In this document: positions 13,238 to 27,986 of the stretch, piece by piece
How the letters are laid out: every line of letters begins with the position of its first letter
Position numbering within the stretch: position 1 is the first letter of the stretch
Assembly: GCF_009914755.1 (NCBI RefSeq)
Contig: NC_060925.1
Length of the DNA: 64,000 nt
Strand: one strand, 5' to 3'
Source: the human T2T-CHM13v2.0 reference genome, Homo sapiens
Translations under genes and position numbers: made by a program
Notes under the pieces: generated by a model
Databases searched by the model: none
What the model saw: the letters and a program-made list of their open reading frames with translations, nothing else
What the model was told of the DNA's origin: nothing

Positions 13238-13487
13238 ATAGTGTGATAGATAAAGCACATGGGCTCTGGAGCTAGACTATCTTGAGGTTCAAATCCCAAT
13301 TCTGTTACTAATTAGCGTATGACTTTGGGAAATTTACCTACACTCTTTGTGCCTCAATTTCCTTCTATGTGAAGTTGGGGTAGCTACCTCAATTGTTTTT
13401 TGTGAGGATTAAGTAAACTATTGTAAGTAAAAGTGCCTAGCATATTTTAAGTACTTCATCAACATAAGTTATTATTATTATCATCAT
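13238..13487 (+). mobile_element. MIR SINE
   Basis: ggctctggagctagac...ggttcaaatccc...tgtgcctcaatttcc...tgtgaggattaa...ttattattattatc. Confidence 0.85.
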
Positions 13488-14013
13488 GGTTAAATTTTGA
13501 TACTTTATTGAATCCTCTTATTTTTTGCTGATCCAGAAAAACTAATGATATCGCACAACTGAGTCTGGAATATTTACTGACTATATGTACTTTGTTCATA
13601 TCACTATCATAAGTGCTGTTGATGAAGGAAAACCAGATGATTAGCTCTTAGATGACTTATGTCAATATCTGACATAGGGATAATTATGACAGAGAATAAA
13701 AACTGGTAGTTTTTAAGGGAACTTTGCCATTTATTTCGATTGAATTAGTTAAGTAAGCAAGCAAAGCATCCACAGCCCTTGGTGCTACAGTGAAGATACT
13801 GGGCAAAGCATTAGAGGGTCAAATAAATAGATTGGGAGTTCTTTTCCACAAAAGGACTTGAAGCTTGTAGAGATTTTGTGTCTCATCCCTGAGTATTTAG
13901 GTTTAAAATGAATACAACACCTGGCTCCAAAGACAGCGCTTGACACACAGTGAATATTTTTTCAAATAACTGTCCTTTCACTTTATGAAGCAATTTCACA
14001 TACACCTTCTCAT

Positions 14014-14234
14014 CCAGGGTTTCTCAGGCTCAGCACTATTGGCTATTTTAGGCTAGATGGTTCTGTGTTTTAGAAGACTGTTCTCTGCATGTAGAATGTG
14101 TAGCAGTATTCCTTGTCTCTACTAACTGGATCCACATTCCTCACTCCCCCCACCCCCAGTTATGGTAACCAAAAATGTCTCCAGACATTGTTAAACTTTA
14201 TGAGGGTCAAAATTACCTCTACCTGAGATCCATG
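14014..14234 (+). mobile_element. MER20 hAT-Charlie MITE
   Basis: cagggtttctcaggctcagcactattg...aaccaaaaatgtctccagacattg...tgagatccatg. Confidence 0.85.
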
Positions 14235-15361
14235 AATTCTCACTTGATCTTCAAACTTTTTTGTGTGGGGAATGATAGTATTAGGTTTCAAGTATATAGC
14301 TGAGAAAACAAAATTTCAAAGCATTTAAGTGACTTATGCAGTGTTCTCTGGCTAGTGACTGACAGAGTCAGCACTTGAACTTGGCAGGTTTTCTTGAATC
14401 CTAAGCCCTTCTTCTGACTTACATTACTGTACATGGCATAAAATCCAAGACTGAAGCAGGTGGAATTACAGGGTGAAATAGCATGCAAGGGCAGTTGGCT
14501 GATTCAGTTGGGCTGGTTAGAGTAGTGAGGACTCAGCAACTCTTCAGTTATGTTTCTGTTCTCCTGGCCATCTTTGAAATAACAACAAATGGCCACAGTG
14601 ATAGTTTCTGGGGTTGAGTAAAACTCCCAAAAGGAACGTGCTGTTTACTTTATATTATAGAGCAACAAAGTGTCTATCTTATCTAAAGAAATGGAAAGAA
14701 TAGCTTGGTCAAATTTTCCTAGCCATGGACACAGCTTATTGATATAGAAGGACATAATGATTTTGTTTATATTTGTGAGGGTCTAATTTAATTTCCTTTT
14801 CCTTTTTTTAAAGAATAATATATTCAAATCTTTCTTGAGGGGAAAAGTAGGAAAAAGAGCACCTGATGTCTAGAGTGTGCTTTAAATCATTCATGCAGAC
14901 TGGCCTGTGAAATATAATTGCTGTTGCTTCCAGGCGGTTTTAGAGACACAAGAGATCTAAATTTTACCTAACTGTGAAAATAAATTAGGGCCTTTTCCAG
15001 ATGATGCTCCCTGAACTATAAATCTCCTTTGCAGTTTCAAATTCTGTGTAAACAAATTGGCATTAAAATTCATTCAATAAGATAAGCTGGGCTAGCACAA
15101 GTGTAAGCAATGATCACTATTAATATGAAGAGGCCAGAGAGAAAGAGATAAAATGGAAGCAACAGAAAATGGAATGAGGGAGCTGGAAAGAATTTAGAGG
15201 ACAACATGAAAATCAAGACATGAGAATGATTTATATGAAGAATTTAGTGAAAAAAAGAGAGATGAGAACTTTCCATCATAAATCAGATCTCTTTGTATGC
15301 ATTGCAGTGAACATAAGGACACCCAAGACAGATTTTAGTTAAGAAAGTAGATATTGATGGA

Positions 15362-15429
15362 AAAGAGTTTGATGGTTTATCATTTCTTTCTAAAGAAAGA
15401 GTTTGATGGTTTATCATTTGTTTCTAAAG
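15362..15429. repeat. 34-bp tandem duplication (1 mismatch)
   Basis: AAAGAGTTTGATGGTTTATCATTT(C/G)TTTCTAAAG x2. Confidence 0.95.
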
Positions 15430-15559
15430 CTATTATTAATGTGATCAATGAAACATTTATTCCATGCAGGCCAAAATAAATGGATGTGAAGCAGATTGGA
15501 CTCAAAGCATTGAAATCAAGACTTTGGCATTAACTAACTCTGTGTGTTTAGACAAAATG

Positions 15560-15710
15560 GAATCATCTTGAAGAACACAGATTATCAGGCCTTACCCTAG
15601 AGTTTCTTACTCAGTACCTCTGGTGTGAGAGCACAAAAACTGGCCTTTATAACAAGTCCTCATGTGATGCTGATGCTGTTAGACTGGAAGCCACGCTCGT
15701 GAACCATGGG
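15560..15710. mobile_element. MER5A-like MITE
   Basis: acagattatcaggccttaccctagagtttcttactcagta...taacaagtcctcatgtgatgctgatgctg. Confidence 0.7.
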
Positions 15711-16839
15711 TTTAGATATCACTGGGACCCTCATGGAGCCCATTTTCTCAGGCGTAGAATGTGACTGAAGACCACTTACCACCAAAGAATTTATCTGGGA
15801 GAAGTCCTTTTTAAAAGCATATACATATTTTTTTTAATATGTACACATTCTTAAAAGAATTATTTTCAGTTATAATCTAGGACCACTCCACTGATCTGAC
15901 TACTTTATGAGAAACATAATCAGATTATTATAACATATGAAGACTGTCAGTGGTACATTCTAGTGTCACCCTGGATATTATATTATTGAAAGTAAATGGA
16001 ATTATGGGATTTTTGGGGGGTGGGGAGTGACAGAATATTTGCTTTCATTACTTTTAGGATGCCCCATCTATAGCTATTCTTTCCTCTTGCTTTCTGGTAT
16101 TCTTTTGACAGTTAGAAAAATGAAAAATACTGATACAGCAGACGAATTCTGGAACTAACACTTCCACAAATCATTGATAATCCATTTTCCAACTTCTTCA
16201 AATTCCAGACCATCAACAAGTAAGTACTATCTGTCTAATAGTGTCATGTTTTCTATTCATATTCTAGTTTATAAATCCAAATCCTTTTCAAATGTCTAAT
16301 GATGTCCTCTAATTTAAAGAATGACTAAACTGAATTATATGGAGTTCTAAAGAACAAAATATTATTTAAAAAGTAGGGGTCATTTGAATACTTTATTACC
16401 CACTCCGTATTTCTGTATGTAGTTCCGTAAAAATGATGGGACACTTTAGACATTTAGGGAAATAAAATTATTATTTGTAATTTTGAAGGAATCTTTACAT
16501 GTTTAAGCACTTTGAGTCACATCATGTCCTAGGCATTATACTAACTGTTGGAGAAACATTTAAATGAATAATTGATCTTAGTTTTTAAGAAGTTTACAAT
16601 ATATGAGGAAGACAACTTAAAAATAACTAAAATATAATACAATTGAAAGCTGCTGCAATAGGGGTATATACAAAATAGTATGAGATCATATAAAAGAGAG
16701 TAGAAAATGCAGTGCATTTAGAAAACTATTTTTAGAAAGAAACATCTCATGAATGACCTAAATTCTTTAAAATTATTTAGGCTATTCAAAACAATAAATG
16801 TTAATAGTTTTGGTGGAGTTAAGCAGCAGAAGTTAAAAG

Positions 16840-17432
16840 CATTGTGGAAGACAGTATGGTGATTCCTCAAGGATCTAGAAGCGGAAATACCATTTGACCC
16901 AGCAATCCCATTATTGGGTATGTACCCAAAGGATTATAAATCATTCTACTATAAAGACACATGCACACATATGCTTATTGCAGCACTATTTACAATAGCA
17001 AAGACTTGGAACTAACCCAAATGTCCATCAATGATAGACTGGATAAAGAAAATGTGGTACATATACACCATGTAATACTATGCAGCCATAAAAAGGAATG
17101 AGATCATTCCCTTTGCAGCGACATGGATGAAGCTGAAAGACATCATCCTCAGCAAACTAACACCAGAACAGAAAACCAAACACCACATATTCTCATTTAT
17201 AAGTGGGAGTTGAACATTGAGAACACATGGACAAAGGGAGGGGAACAATATACATCAAGGCCTGTTGGGAGGTGGAGGGTGAGGTGGGGGAACTTAGAGG
17301 ACGGGTCAATAGTTGCAGCAAACCACCATGGCACATGTATACCTATGGAACAAACCTGCACTTTCTGCACATGTATTTCTGCACATGTATCCCGTGTTCT
17401 TTTTTTTTTTTTTTTGAAATACAGAAAAAAAA
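16840..17432 (+). mobile_element. Older L1PA (roughly PA12-14-like) 3' end
   Basis: ORF2 end and 3' UTR (gaaataccatttgacccagc...gggaacttagaggacgggtcaatag...gcacatgtatccc) with T-tract and A-tail. Confidence 0.9.
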
Positions 17433-17447
17433 TTGCCAGTAACTTTT

Positions 17448-18486
<1,039 letters not shown>

Positions 18487-19222
18487 GCCAGTAACTTTTA
18501 AAGGCTTGTTTTGCATATTATTCAGGCCTAAATCACGGTTCTCATAAATTGATTATCATGTCCCTTTCATCTGTCCATTTATGCTTCTAAATGGTTCTTA
18601 ATGGTTCACTATATTTGAAGGCCATAACCATTTGCTGATGAGTTACTAGTTTAATTTGTCACTATTTCTCCAATACATATATGTAAGTGCTTATCGTCTT
18701 TTAATCCTAGATATTCTTCTGGAAGTAATAATAAAAGTTGAAAGCTGGAAGGAAAATAAGTTTAAATGGTGTTCTTGAGATTATATAGTGTCACTGAATG
18801 TCAGAGCTAGGACTAAATTTCAGATATTTTGATTTATAATATGATTAATAATATGAATAAAATTTTTGCCACATGACATTACTTGCTTTTGAAAGTTGAA
18901 ATGGAGCTATGTTTTGAACATACTCAAAGAGAAATAGGCTTCAAATGAAGAGTTTCCCAGGCCTGGAGTGGCAGTTGTGTTGATGAACGGGGGTGAGTGG
19001 CAGAGCAGATTGAAAAGTGGAACTTGAATTAGCAATTAGCAGAGGACCATGGAATTTGCCTTCTTTTAAAGTAATAAAGACTTCTAAAAATTTTTGAATA
19101 CATGCCACTTTTAGAGTGTTAAATTATGTCTTTTCTGATCAGGGTCATCCTTGCGTGTGAGAGTCCCTAAACATAACAATGGGCCGTTTTCTTCTGCTTA
19201 ATTGACTGAGACAAAAATTAGT

Positions 19223-19609
19223 TATTATAGACCAAATTGTTACTTCCCAAAATGTAAATGTTGAAGTCTTACTCCCTCCCTATTGTGACTGTATTTGAAG
19301 ATAGAGATTGTAGGGAGTTAATTAAGGTTAAATAAAGTGAGATTCTAACCCAATGGGATTGGTGTCCTCTTAAGATAAGGAAGAGACAACAAACATCCCT
19401 CTCTCTCTGCAAACGTAGAGGGAAGGTCGTGTGAGAACGCAGCAAGTCAGCAGCCATTTGCACGATAGGAAGAGAGGCCTCTCCAGAAAGCAACCTTGCT
19501 GGCACCTTGACCTTGGACTTCTAGCCTCTCGAACTGTGAGAAAATAAATTTCCATTCTTTAAGCCACAAAATCTGTGGTATTCTGTTGCAGCCCAAGCTG
19601 ACTAATACA
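19223..19609 (+). mobile_element. MLT1A/MLT1A0-like solo LTR
   Basis: gtgactgtatttgaagatag...gctggcaccttgaccttggacttctagcctc...gctgactaataca; TSD ttagt/ttact. Confidence 0.88.
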
Positions 19610-20359
19610 TTACTTAACGTGAAGAAATAGTATATCTTTATTTTATTCATTTGATCTCACTGGTCTCAACATCTCTAGAATATTATGTGATTAGCTGAGA
19701 CTAGATGGACTTTTCTAAAAATATTATGCTTTGAGAGGGATGCTAGGCTCCTTGGTTGAAAGGTAAGAAAGCAATGGTAAGAAATTGACTTATGACAAAA
19801 TTAAGATAATTCTATATAGTGATTTAATATAATGATAAACTTTTGCCCTTGACAATGTCTGCATATTCATCCCCTGGATAATGAATACTTCCTGCTATAT
19901 TTTAACTTTATTTGCTCAATATATTCCTTAAATTCATGTACAGCATGTACTGTGACTAATACAAACAGAGCAGCCATGAGATCCATTTCATTAAGAAAAG
20001 ATTAGGTAGAGATTTTGAAAATTTCCTATGAAACTTTGAAGCACAATTCACTCCTTAATTAAAAGCAAACAGCTTTGCTTTTTGGGATTAGGCTACCTAA
20101 TTATACAAAAAAGAGAGAATATGTTGATAGAAAATGTTTGACTGAAAAGGGAAGAAAATATTACCAGAATTTGCTGCAAACGAATACCATTCCAGAAAGT
20201 AAGATACAAAAATGAAAATCTAAAACATTTTTGTAAATTCTATGCTTCAGTTTTCCCCAACTAATGAAGAATTAAAATCCTGCACTGCTCCAACCGCAAG
20301 CAGAAGTTAAGCCAATGGTACTGAGAGATTGTCAATCTATACTATAGAGAACAATCTTT

Positions 20360-20570
20360 CTGAGATTGGAGCATTTATTCTGACCTCCCTACTAATTCAC
20401 AGTGTAACCACAGGCAAGTTAGTTAATCTTTCTGTGACTTCATTTAAACCTTTGTCAAATGGAAATAATAACACTTACTTCATGGGAGTATTTGGAGGTT
20501 TAATTAAATTAGTTCTTTGAGCTTCTTAGATGAAAGTGGCTATAGAAATGCAAAGTGCAATTATTAAAGT
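20360..20570 (+). mobile_element. MIR-family SINE (decayed)
   Basis: gtgtaaccacaggcaagttagttaatctttctgtgacttcattt...aaatggaaataataacac. Confidence 0.65.
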
Positions 20571-21448
20571 CATTTTTTCCTTTCCTTATGGAACAGGATG
20601 ATTGAAACACATTTATTTCAATTAGAAAACTGACTAATTGCCTAATAGAAACCCTTCCTTGTGGCATATAATAGGTCAAATCTCTTTATAATTAATTGTA
20701 TCATAATCTAATTCTTTATTTAGTAACAACAAAAATATAACTGCGGCAAAAGAGTTTATGTTGAGAATCATGCAATATATAAAAATTCTAATACCTTAAG
20801 GTAATAGCAATGGAATTTGGCTTATAGTCTTTTCGTGAAATGTGGTTTCTTCTACACCACCATCTATAGGGTTGATGCAATTCCCCAGCTTCTTTGTGTG
20901 ATGAATTGATTACTTTTGCTTTTTGGTAAAAACAAAACAAAACAAAAAAACAAAACAAAAAAACAGTGTTATCTAAGTAAGGAGGATGCTAATTCTCTAA
21001 AAAGAAAAAGCTTCCACAAGAAAAGCAATCTGTGTATACATACTCTTATCTGGGGGTACGACCACATGATCAGGTAGTTTAGGATTAGGCCACCAGTCGG
21101 TAGGTTAAGGAATTGAGAAGTGCCAGTGTTGGAAGATCATCTGCAGTAGTAGTGTTGGAGACAGCAATGATGAGCCAGGATGCAAAATATTGGAAAAAAG
21201 CGAGTGAGATCTGAAGGTCTGCAGATGATTCTACAAAGAAATTTAATGAATGCTGAAGCCTGACAACAAGAGACTCAAAATTGAGCAATGGTGCTGTTGG
21301 AATGAGTGGACAGTGAGTGGCAATGAAGAGCATAGAGAACCCAAACTCACCTCTAGACCCAGGTGTATGAGGGCCAGTCAGAGAGGAAATAGCCTTCTTT
21401 GAAAGAGAAAGTTATGTCCCTTGGGGAGAGCTAGTTTTCCATTAGACT

Positions 21449-21572
21449 CAGTAGAGGTTCTCAGCATTGATAGCTTACTAGAAACATTAACGTCTCCTCA
21501 GAAACGCTAAAAGCAATACTGCTGCTGGGCCCCATCCAAGACCAAGTCAATCAGAATCCATGAGGGGTAGAT
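21449..21572. mobile_element. MER5-like MITE fragment
   Basis: aatactgctgctgggccccatccaagaccaagtcaatcagaatc. Confidence 0.55.
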
Positions 21573-21576
21573 TCTA

Positions 21577-23055
21577 GAGAACAGTATAAAAAGGCCAGTG
21601 AAACACACAAAGAGAGTCAGCTGATCTTTGACAAGGAAGCAAGGTAATGCAATAGTGAAAATATAATCTTTTCAATGAATGATGCTGGAATAGTTGGGCA
21701 TCCTTCACAAAAACTAACTCAAAATGGATCAGAGATCTAAATGTAAAACATAAAACTGTAAAATTCCTAGAAGATAACATAGGAGAAAATCTAGATGACC
21801 TTTGGTTTGGCAATGATTTTTCAGTTTCAACACCAAAGGCACAATTTATGAAAAAAATTGATAAAAATTTATTAAAATTAAAAATCACTGCTTTGTGAAA
21901 CACACTGTCAAAAGAATGAAAAGACAATCCACAGGCTGAGAGAAAATATTTGTAAAAGACCTATCAGATAAAGGATTATCATCCAAAATATACAAATAAT
22001 TCTTAACACTCAACAATAAGACCACAAACAATCCAATTAAAAATGCGCCAAAGACCTTCACAAACACCTCACTAAAGAAGATATACAGATGGCAAACAAT
22101 CATATGAAACAATGCTCCACATCATATGTCATCAGATAAATGTAAATTAGAGCAGCAATGAAGTATTACTATACTATTAGAATGGATAAAATCCAGAACA
22201 CTAACAACATCAAATGCTGGTGAAGATGTGAAGCAACAGGAATATTTGTTTATTACTGATAAGAATACAAAATGGTATAGTCACTTTAGAATACAGTTTG
22301 GCAGTTCCTTATAATACTAAACACACTCTTACCAAAGGACCTAGCAATTTTCCTCCTTGGATTGACCCAAAGAAATGGAAAAGTTTTGTACACCCAAAAC
22401 CCTATACACAGATGTTTGTATCAGCTTCATTTGTAATTGTTAAAACTTGGAAGCAACCACAGTGCAATTCAGTAGATGAATGGATAAATAAACTGTGGTG
22501 CATCCAGAAAATGGTATAGTAGTCAGTGCTAAGAAGGAATGAATTATCAAGCTATGAAAAGACATGTAGAAAACGTAAATGCATATTAATAAGTGAAAGA
22601 AGCCAATGTAAAAAGGCAACATATTATATTATTCCAATTACACATTACAACATTCTGAAGAAGACTACATTGTGGAGACAGTAAAAAGATCAGTGGTTGC
22701 TAGGAGTTAGGAGGGAGGGAGGGGTGAATAGGTGGAGAACCGGAGATTTATAAGGCGGTAAAATTACTCTGTATAATGCTACAATGGTGGATACATGCTG
22801 TTATACATTTGTCCAATCCCATAGAATGTACAACACCAAGAGTGAACCCTGAAGTAAACTATGAACTCTAGGTGATAATGATGTGTCAGTGTAGTTTCCT
22901 CAACTGTAACATATGAAGCACTCTGATGCAGGCTATTGACAATGTGGGAAATTTTGCCTGCATAGGGACAGGAGGCATGTGGGAAGTCTCTGTACCTTCT
23001 GTGCAGTTTTGCTTGGAACCTGAAACTGCTCTAAAAAAGTCTGTTTTTAAAAAAC
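21577..23055 (+). mobile_element. L1MC1/2-like 3' fragment
   Basis: ORF2 remnant (ctgatctttgacaagg...ctagaagataacataggagaaaatc) and L1MC-type end (gtacaacaccaagagtgaaccct...aaactgctctaaaaaa). Confidence 0.88.
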
Positions 23056-25064
23056 AAGCAAAAAGCCAACAGACATTTCTCCAGAAAATTGAGGTAAGCT
23101 TAAGAACTGTTACTGTAGGCAGGTTTCCATTAGATCAAGATGAAGGGAGCTTTTGGAGCAGAGGTTAGAAAGGTGGGGGATATTGTTTATGACAAATTTT
23201 AAGTTCCAGAGGACACACTGGTTGGGAGTCAAAAATCTGAAAGTGTATGTACATGTCATAGGAAAGTAGACTGAACTCTAGTTTTAGGTTTCTTGGACCA
23301 AGGGTATTAGACTAGATGATCTCCGTCTGTGAACCTTGGGTAGTGGGATGGGGAAACAGGAAGTTCTTGTCAAGAACCGTCAGAGTTCTCTTGCTTCCCT
23401 TTTACTCTTTACCATGAGACACAGGGAAAAGGAGAAGGAAAATTCGATTCTTAACAAGTAAGGTCTTCCTTTGACCTTTGCCATTAGGAGTAGTGATGAA
23501 TATAAACCACAATCCAGATTACCTTTTTTTTCCCTTCATTTTCCTTTTTTAGTAGCTACCCAAAATATCAGCCTTATTGGATGTCTTTGTTTTTAAAAAT
23601 AGTTTTGATCAACATACCTTATAACGAATCATGCATTACTATTTCATGGTCATTTCTCATGCTTAGAAAACTTGTATCTCATGCAGATAAGCACTTTAGG
23701 CTTTGACAAATGAAGGACTTAGTACTAGCCAGTTAATAGATGGCATTCAATAAAAATGAAATCATCTTAACACAGCCTGACTGTTAATAACAAGAAAGGT
23801 AGAAGCAGCTTTCTCTGCTGGGGACTAAAACTCAGCATGATTCTTCTGAGGATTAAAGTCTGCAGTCTGGCCCCTTGACTATCTGAAAGTTGCTGGTAAA
23901 ATGAGACTTTACAACTCCTGTGGTTCTGAGGGTCTAAGTTATAGAAAATAAAATGTACAACATCAACATGATCTGAAGACTATGTGGTTTGATTTAAGAA
24001 TTTTGGAAGTCAATAAAGTGAAAACACAGTTGTTAGATGTAGGAGACGACCTGGTGGACTTAACTTTTCTTATTATCTTTTTATACTATGACACTTCTGT
24101 GGCATTTGGGGAAAATAGAAATGGGAACATGGGCAAATGGCCCAATACATCTAATTTAATCGGATTCCATTCCTATGTCATATGCAGCACTGCAGTCTTT
24201 ATGCTTTCTTTACTCAACTGTATTCTGTTTCCTTAGACCATTACATCAGTCTTGCGAAGCATTTATTTTATTTTTCTGGCTGAAGCAGTAAGTGTGGGCA
24301 AAGTTCTGTCTGCAGGATGTTCTGGGGAGCCTCGAAAGGCAAGATACTTATGACTGCAACAGATGTCGATGATTTTTAAGAAAATGCTGACTTTATACTG
24401 TGGATCTCTACCTCCCTTAGGGAAAAATAAGAAGTTTCCAATTGCCTGCAAGCTATAAGAACAGAAGGGCTAAACGGCCTAGCTATAAAAGTGGAACACT
24501 AAAATTCTGATGAGGAACAAAAATAACAGAAGATTTATCTCAGTTATTATTAGAGGGGAAGAAAATTTGTCTCTCAGTGGTTCATTCTTTGGTTATGGTT
24601 CCACAGATACGATTAAGAGGTTAAAAAATGTAACCCTACATTCCGAAATACTCATCTCTGTTTCAATATGATTTAAAAAAAATTAAGCTGACCACAGAAG
24701 TGCAAATATTCCCTACTGTTAGTTTAGTATTATTATTAGTACGAGTAGTGGTGGAGTAGTAGAAACAATAGTTGTACAAAGTCTTAATCATATTTTTCCA
24801 CTGTTACCACATTATAGGTAAAAATAACTGAGGCATTTGGTTGGTGTTATTGCAGACTCCAGATTTGAGGTTTCTTTTAACCTGCTACCTAATAACTGTG
24901 TTTAGGCAAACATGTATTTGATCCTATTAGGTATATGAACACAAAAAATTCAAAGCAATTAAAAAATGAATAGAGAAATAAACAACTAAACAATATCAGA
25001 TGTTGAGATATACATGTTGGAATTCTGACTTTGAGATAATGGTTTTTTTTTTTAAAAAACAATT

Positions 25065-25210
25065 GATTGCTTCATTCTTTCATTTGTTCATTCATTTTTT
25101 CAACATTCATTGGGAAACCTCTATATTCCAGGCACTAAGCTAGGCACTGCAACTAAAAAACATGAATAACACAGCGATAGTCTCTGTCATAATGGAATTT
25201 ACTTGCTGTT
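25065..25210 (-). mobile_element. L2 3' end fragment
   Basis: ttcattcattttttcaacattcattg...ccaggcactaagctaggcactg. Confidence 0.7.
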
Positions 25211-27741
25211 TGGCAGTGTACGAGAATTAGAGAAAATAAGCAGGTTCAAAAATATGAAACTGAGTCTTGCAGCATTTAACGAAGTGACCAATAGAGAAAA
25301 TAAGCCTACAGAGCACGCGGTGAGAAACAGAGATGTTCTCCTAGGTCATCAATGGCTCTTATGAAATTCCTCAAGCACTGTGGACTGCAAAGTTCATAAA
25401 AGAAGCCCATAAGTTTGCCTTTAATTAGTTTCTGTGTCCACAGTAACCAACATCTAGTTTATTTAGTAGTTACCCTTGGTATTTTTTGAACACACCATAG
25501 ATATTTACTGAATGAAGGAGTGAATTGTTTCAACTCAATCAACTTGTATATAACTTAAACTTCTTTTTTTAATTCTTACTAAAAGCTTGACTTTATCTTC
25601 TTACATTGCCTTTATCTTTTCTTTATTATTCATTTATGATCTAAACTGATTTTGGGGATCTCCCTGGTTTTGGTGAAAGTCAAACATTAAGGTGTCAAGA
25701 AGCTTTCACTGGACCTAAGAAGCCTCAAAATCAGCCTAAAGAAAGTCCCAGAGAGGATAAAGACTCAAGGAGGAATTTCAGTGTAGTACAAACATATTTA
25801 TATAATACTAAATACTCCAATTCCCTTTGGAGAGTCATTAGAGGAGGCGTTGCTTCTATTTCTTAGAACCACTAGAAATTGAATCATTCCTCCAGAGTAA
25901 TGCACCTAATATGAGTTGCTGTGGTGAAATCCTTGTTCAAAAACAAGGTTTATTTGAGCAGATTTTATAGCACCATTAGTCAGCTTCTGACAGAAATTGG
26001 TCTGACAAACAGCTCACATATATTTGGGAAAGTAATTAATTGTGCTATTATGTCAAGGACAAGGTTTTGTTTGTTTGTATAATAGATATGTGAACTTGCT
26101 CTTTCCTGAAAATCATTTCACCAATATCACTGTATACTCCTGCAGAAACCAAAAACACATACTTTCTTGTGAATTTGTGTGACTCTTGTTTTACCTTTCT
26201 TTTTAATTTTGATGCTATATACAGAATTATTTGGCCTGAGTAGGCGTTACATTGGTCTGGGAAGCATAAGTGAAAATTTCGACAAGAGAGGAAAGATGAC
26301 ATTCAGAATGTGGATACTAGATAAGCTTAGAGGAAAGAAGTCTGTATTGTGCATTTGTTGACAAGGATGGAGACTGAATGACTGGATGAGTATTTGGAGA
26401 ATAATGAAAATTAAGTTCTAAATGTCCGGCGGATACTGCCAGTACAGCTTAAAATTGATGTAATGGGAAACAGAAAGCGGTTTGTTGATGAGCAAAGGTG
26501 TGTTATAAATGTTTTATGAATATGAACCTGATGGAATAATGCAGGTTCCATTTTGTGTGGAGAGAGAGTGGAAGAAATATCTGTCAGCAGCATATTGTAG
26601 TATATTTTCCAGATAGAAGGTGGTGAAACCTTGTGTCACTTGTAGTGCTGGTGTGAGTCAGTAAGATTGAGGAGAAAGTCTTTTGGAAGAAGAAATAACA
26701 GATTTGTGTATTTTAGTAAGAATTTGGACATAGGGAATGAAGGTGATGGAAGAGTTAAATGTGTCCAGAAGAATAGTGATATTATTTATCAAATATAATG
26801 GTTTAGCTGGTCAAGTTAGCAACATATAGAACCTACTTAGCAGAAATCACTATGTTAATATAAATGTTGTTCTTGACTCCAGGAGATTCATAGTCTAGGG
26901 TGGGAAGTGGACAAGTAAATAGATATTTATTTGTAGTTCAATTGCTGTGATAGAGATAAGTACAAGGTAATATATGACAGCACACAAAAAGGAGCAAATC
27001 ACACACCTAAGGGAATAGTTAGGAAAGCTTCCTAAAAGAACAAAAATTTAAGATCATCTCTGAAACAGGGGCAAGAAGTAACCAATTAAGAAAGATATGA
27101 CAGACAGTGTTATAGGTAGAAGTGACAGCAGGGAGAAAATGAAGAGGAGTGAAACCTAAATTCTTATTTGTTGAGGATGATGAAGGGTTGTGTATAAGGA
27201 GGTGTATAAGGTTGTGTTTAAGGAGATTAGACTTTGTATCCCCTAAGAAGATGGTGTGGGAGAGATTAGTCCATTTATGGAGATATTACCTTGAAATTCA
27301 TTGAACATTTGCATGCAGATATCATTTAGATAGCTAGAAATGCTAAAATTGCAGATGTGAGATGAATTTGGAAGTAATTCAGTAATAGCTGAAGAAAGTG
27401 ATAGGAGGAGTTCTTAAAAGTAGTGTAATGAGGAAAGAGCCATAGACTTTTGAACTGAGGTGTGGGAGAGAATATTCCTAGGTAAGTAGCAAGTTTAGTC
27501 AAATAATAGCAATATGAAATGTTTGTCTTTGTTTTAACATAATGTAGGTAACTCTCCAGAAACTACTTAAAAACTTTTGGAAACTGAATTGGTAAACTTT
27601 TATTTTATTTCTCCTTTCCCTCTGGTATTTTCCCTTTCAATCTGAGCTACAGAACCATGAGTTCCAGTTCATGCACAGTCTTTATTGATCTTTTAGAATC
27701 ACAGATTAGTAGAAGGTTAGAGAAGGAAGAAAGCTCGGAGA

Positions 27742-27986
27742 CCATCTGGTTAAGTGGTTTTCATACTATTTTTTTTAAACCACAAAATGTTTTCTGACCA
27801 AAAAAAAAAAAAAAAAAAACCCAACATAGAAACATTTTTAAAAGTAGATAAAAGTAAGGTTGTCTTTATTGGAGCTGATGAAAGAGTTTGTGATTTATTA
27901 TATTGTCTCAATTAGGTTCATCTATCCTTTTATGGTAGACTCAGAAGAAAACCTCAAGCTCGAAAGAGCAGCTTTTGAAAACTATG
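27742..27986. mobile_element. MER112-like hAT MITE inserted in a MIR-type fragment
   Basis: agtggttttca...agataaaag...gagcagcttttgaaaacta with terminal inverted ends; flanks join into MIR-like accatctggt/cccaatattttcatttacagaaaaaaaact. Confidence 0.5.
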
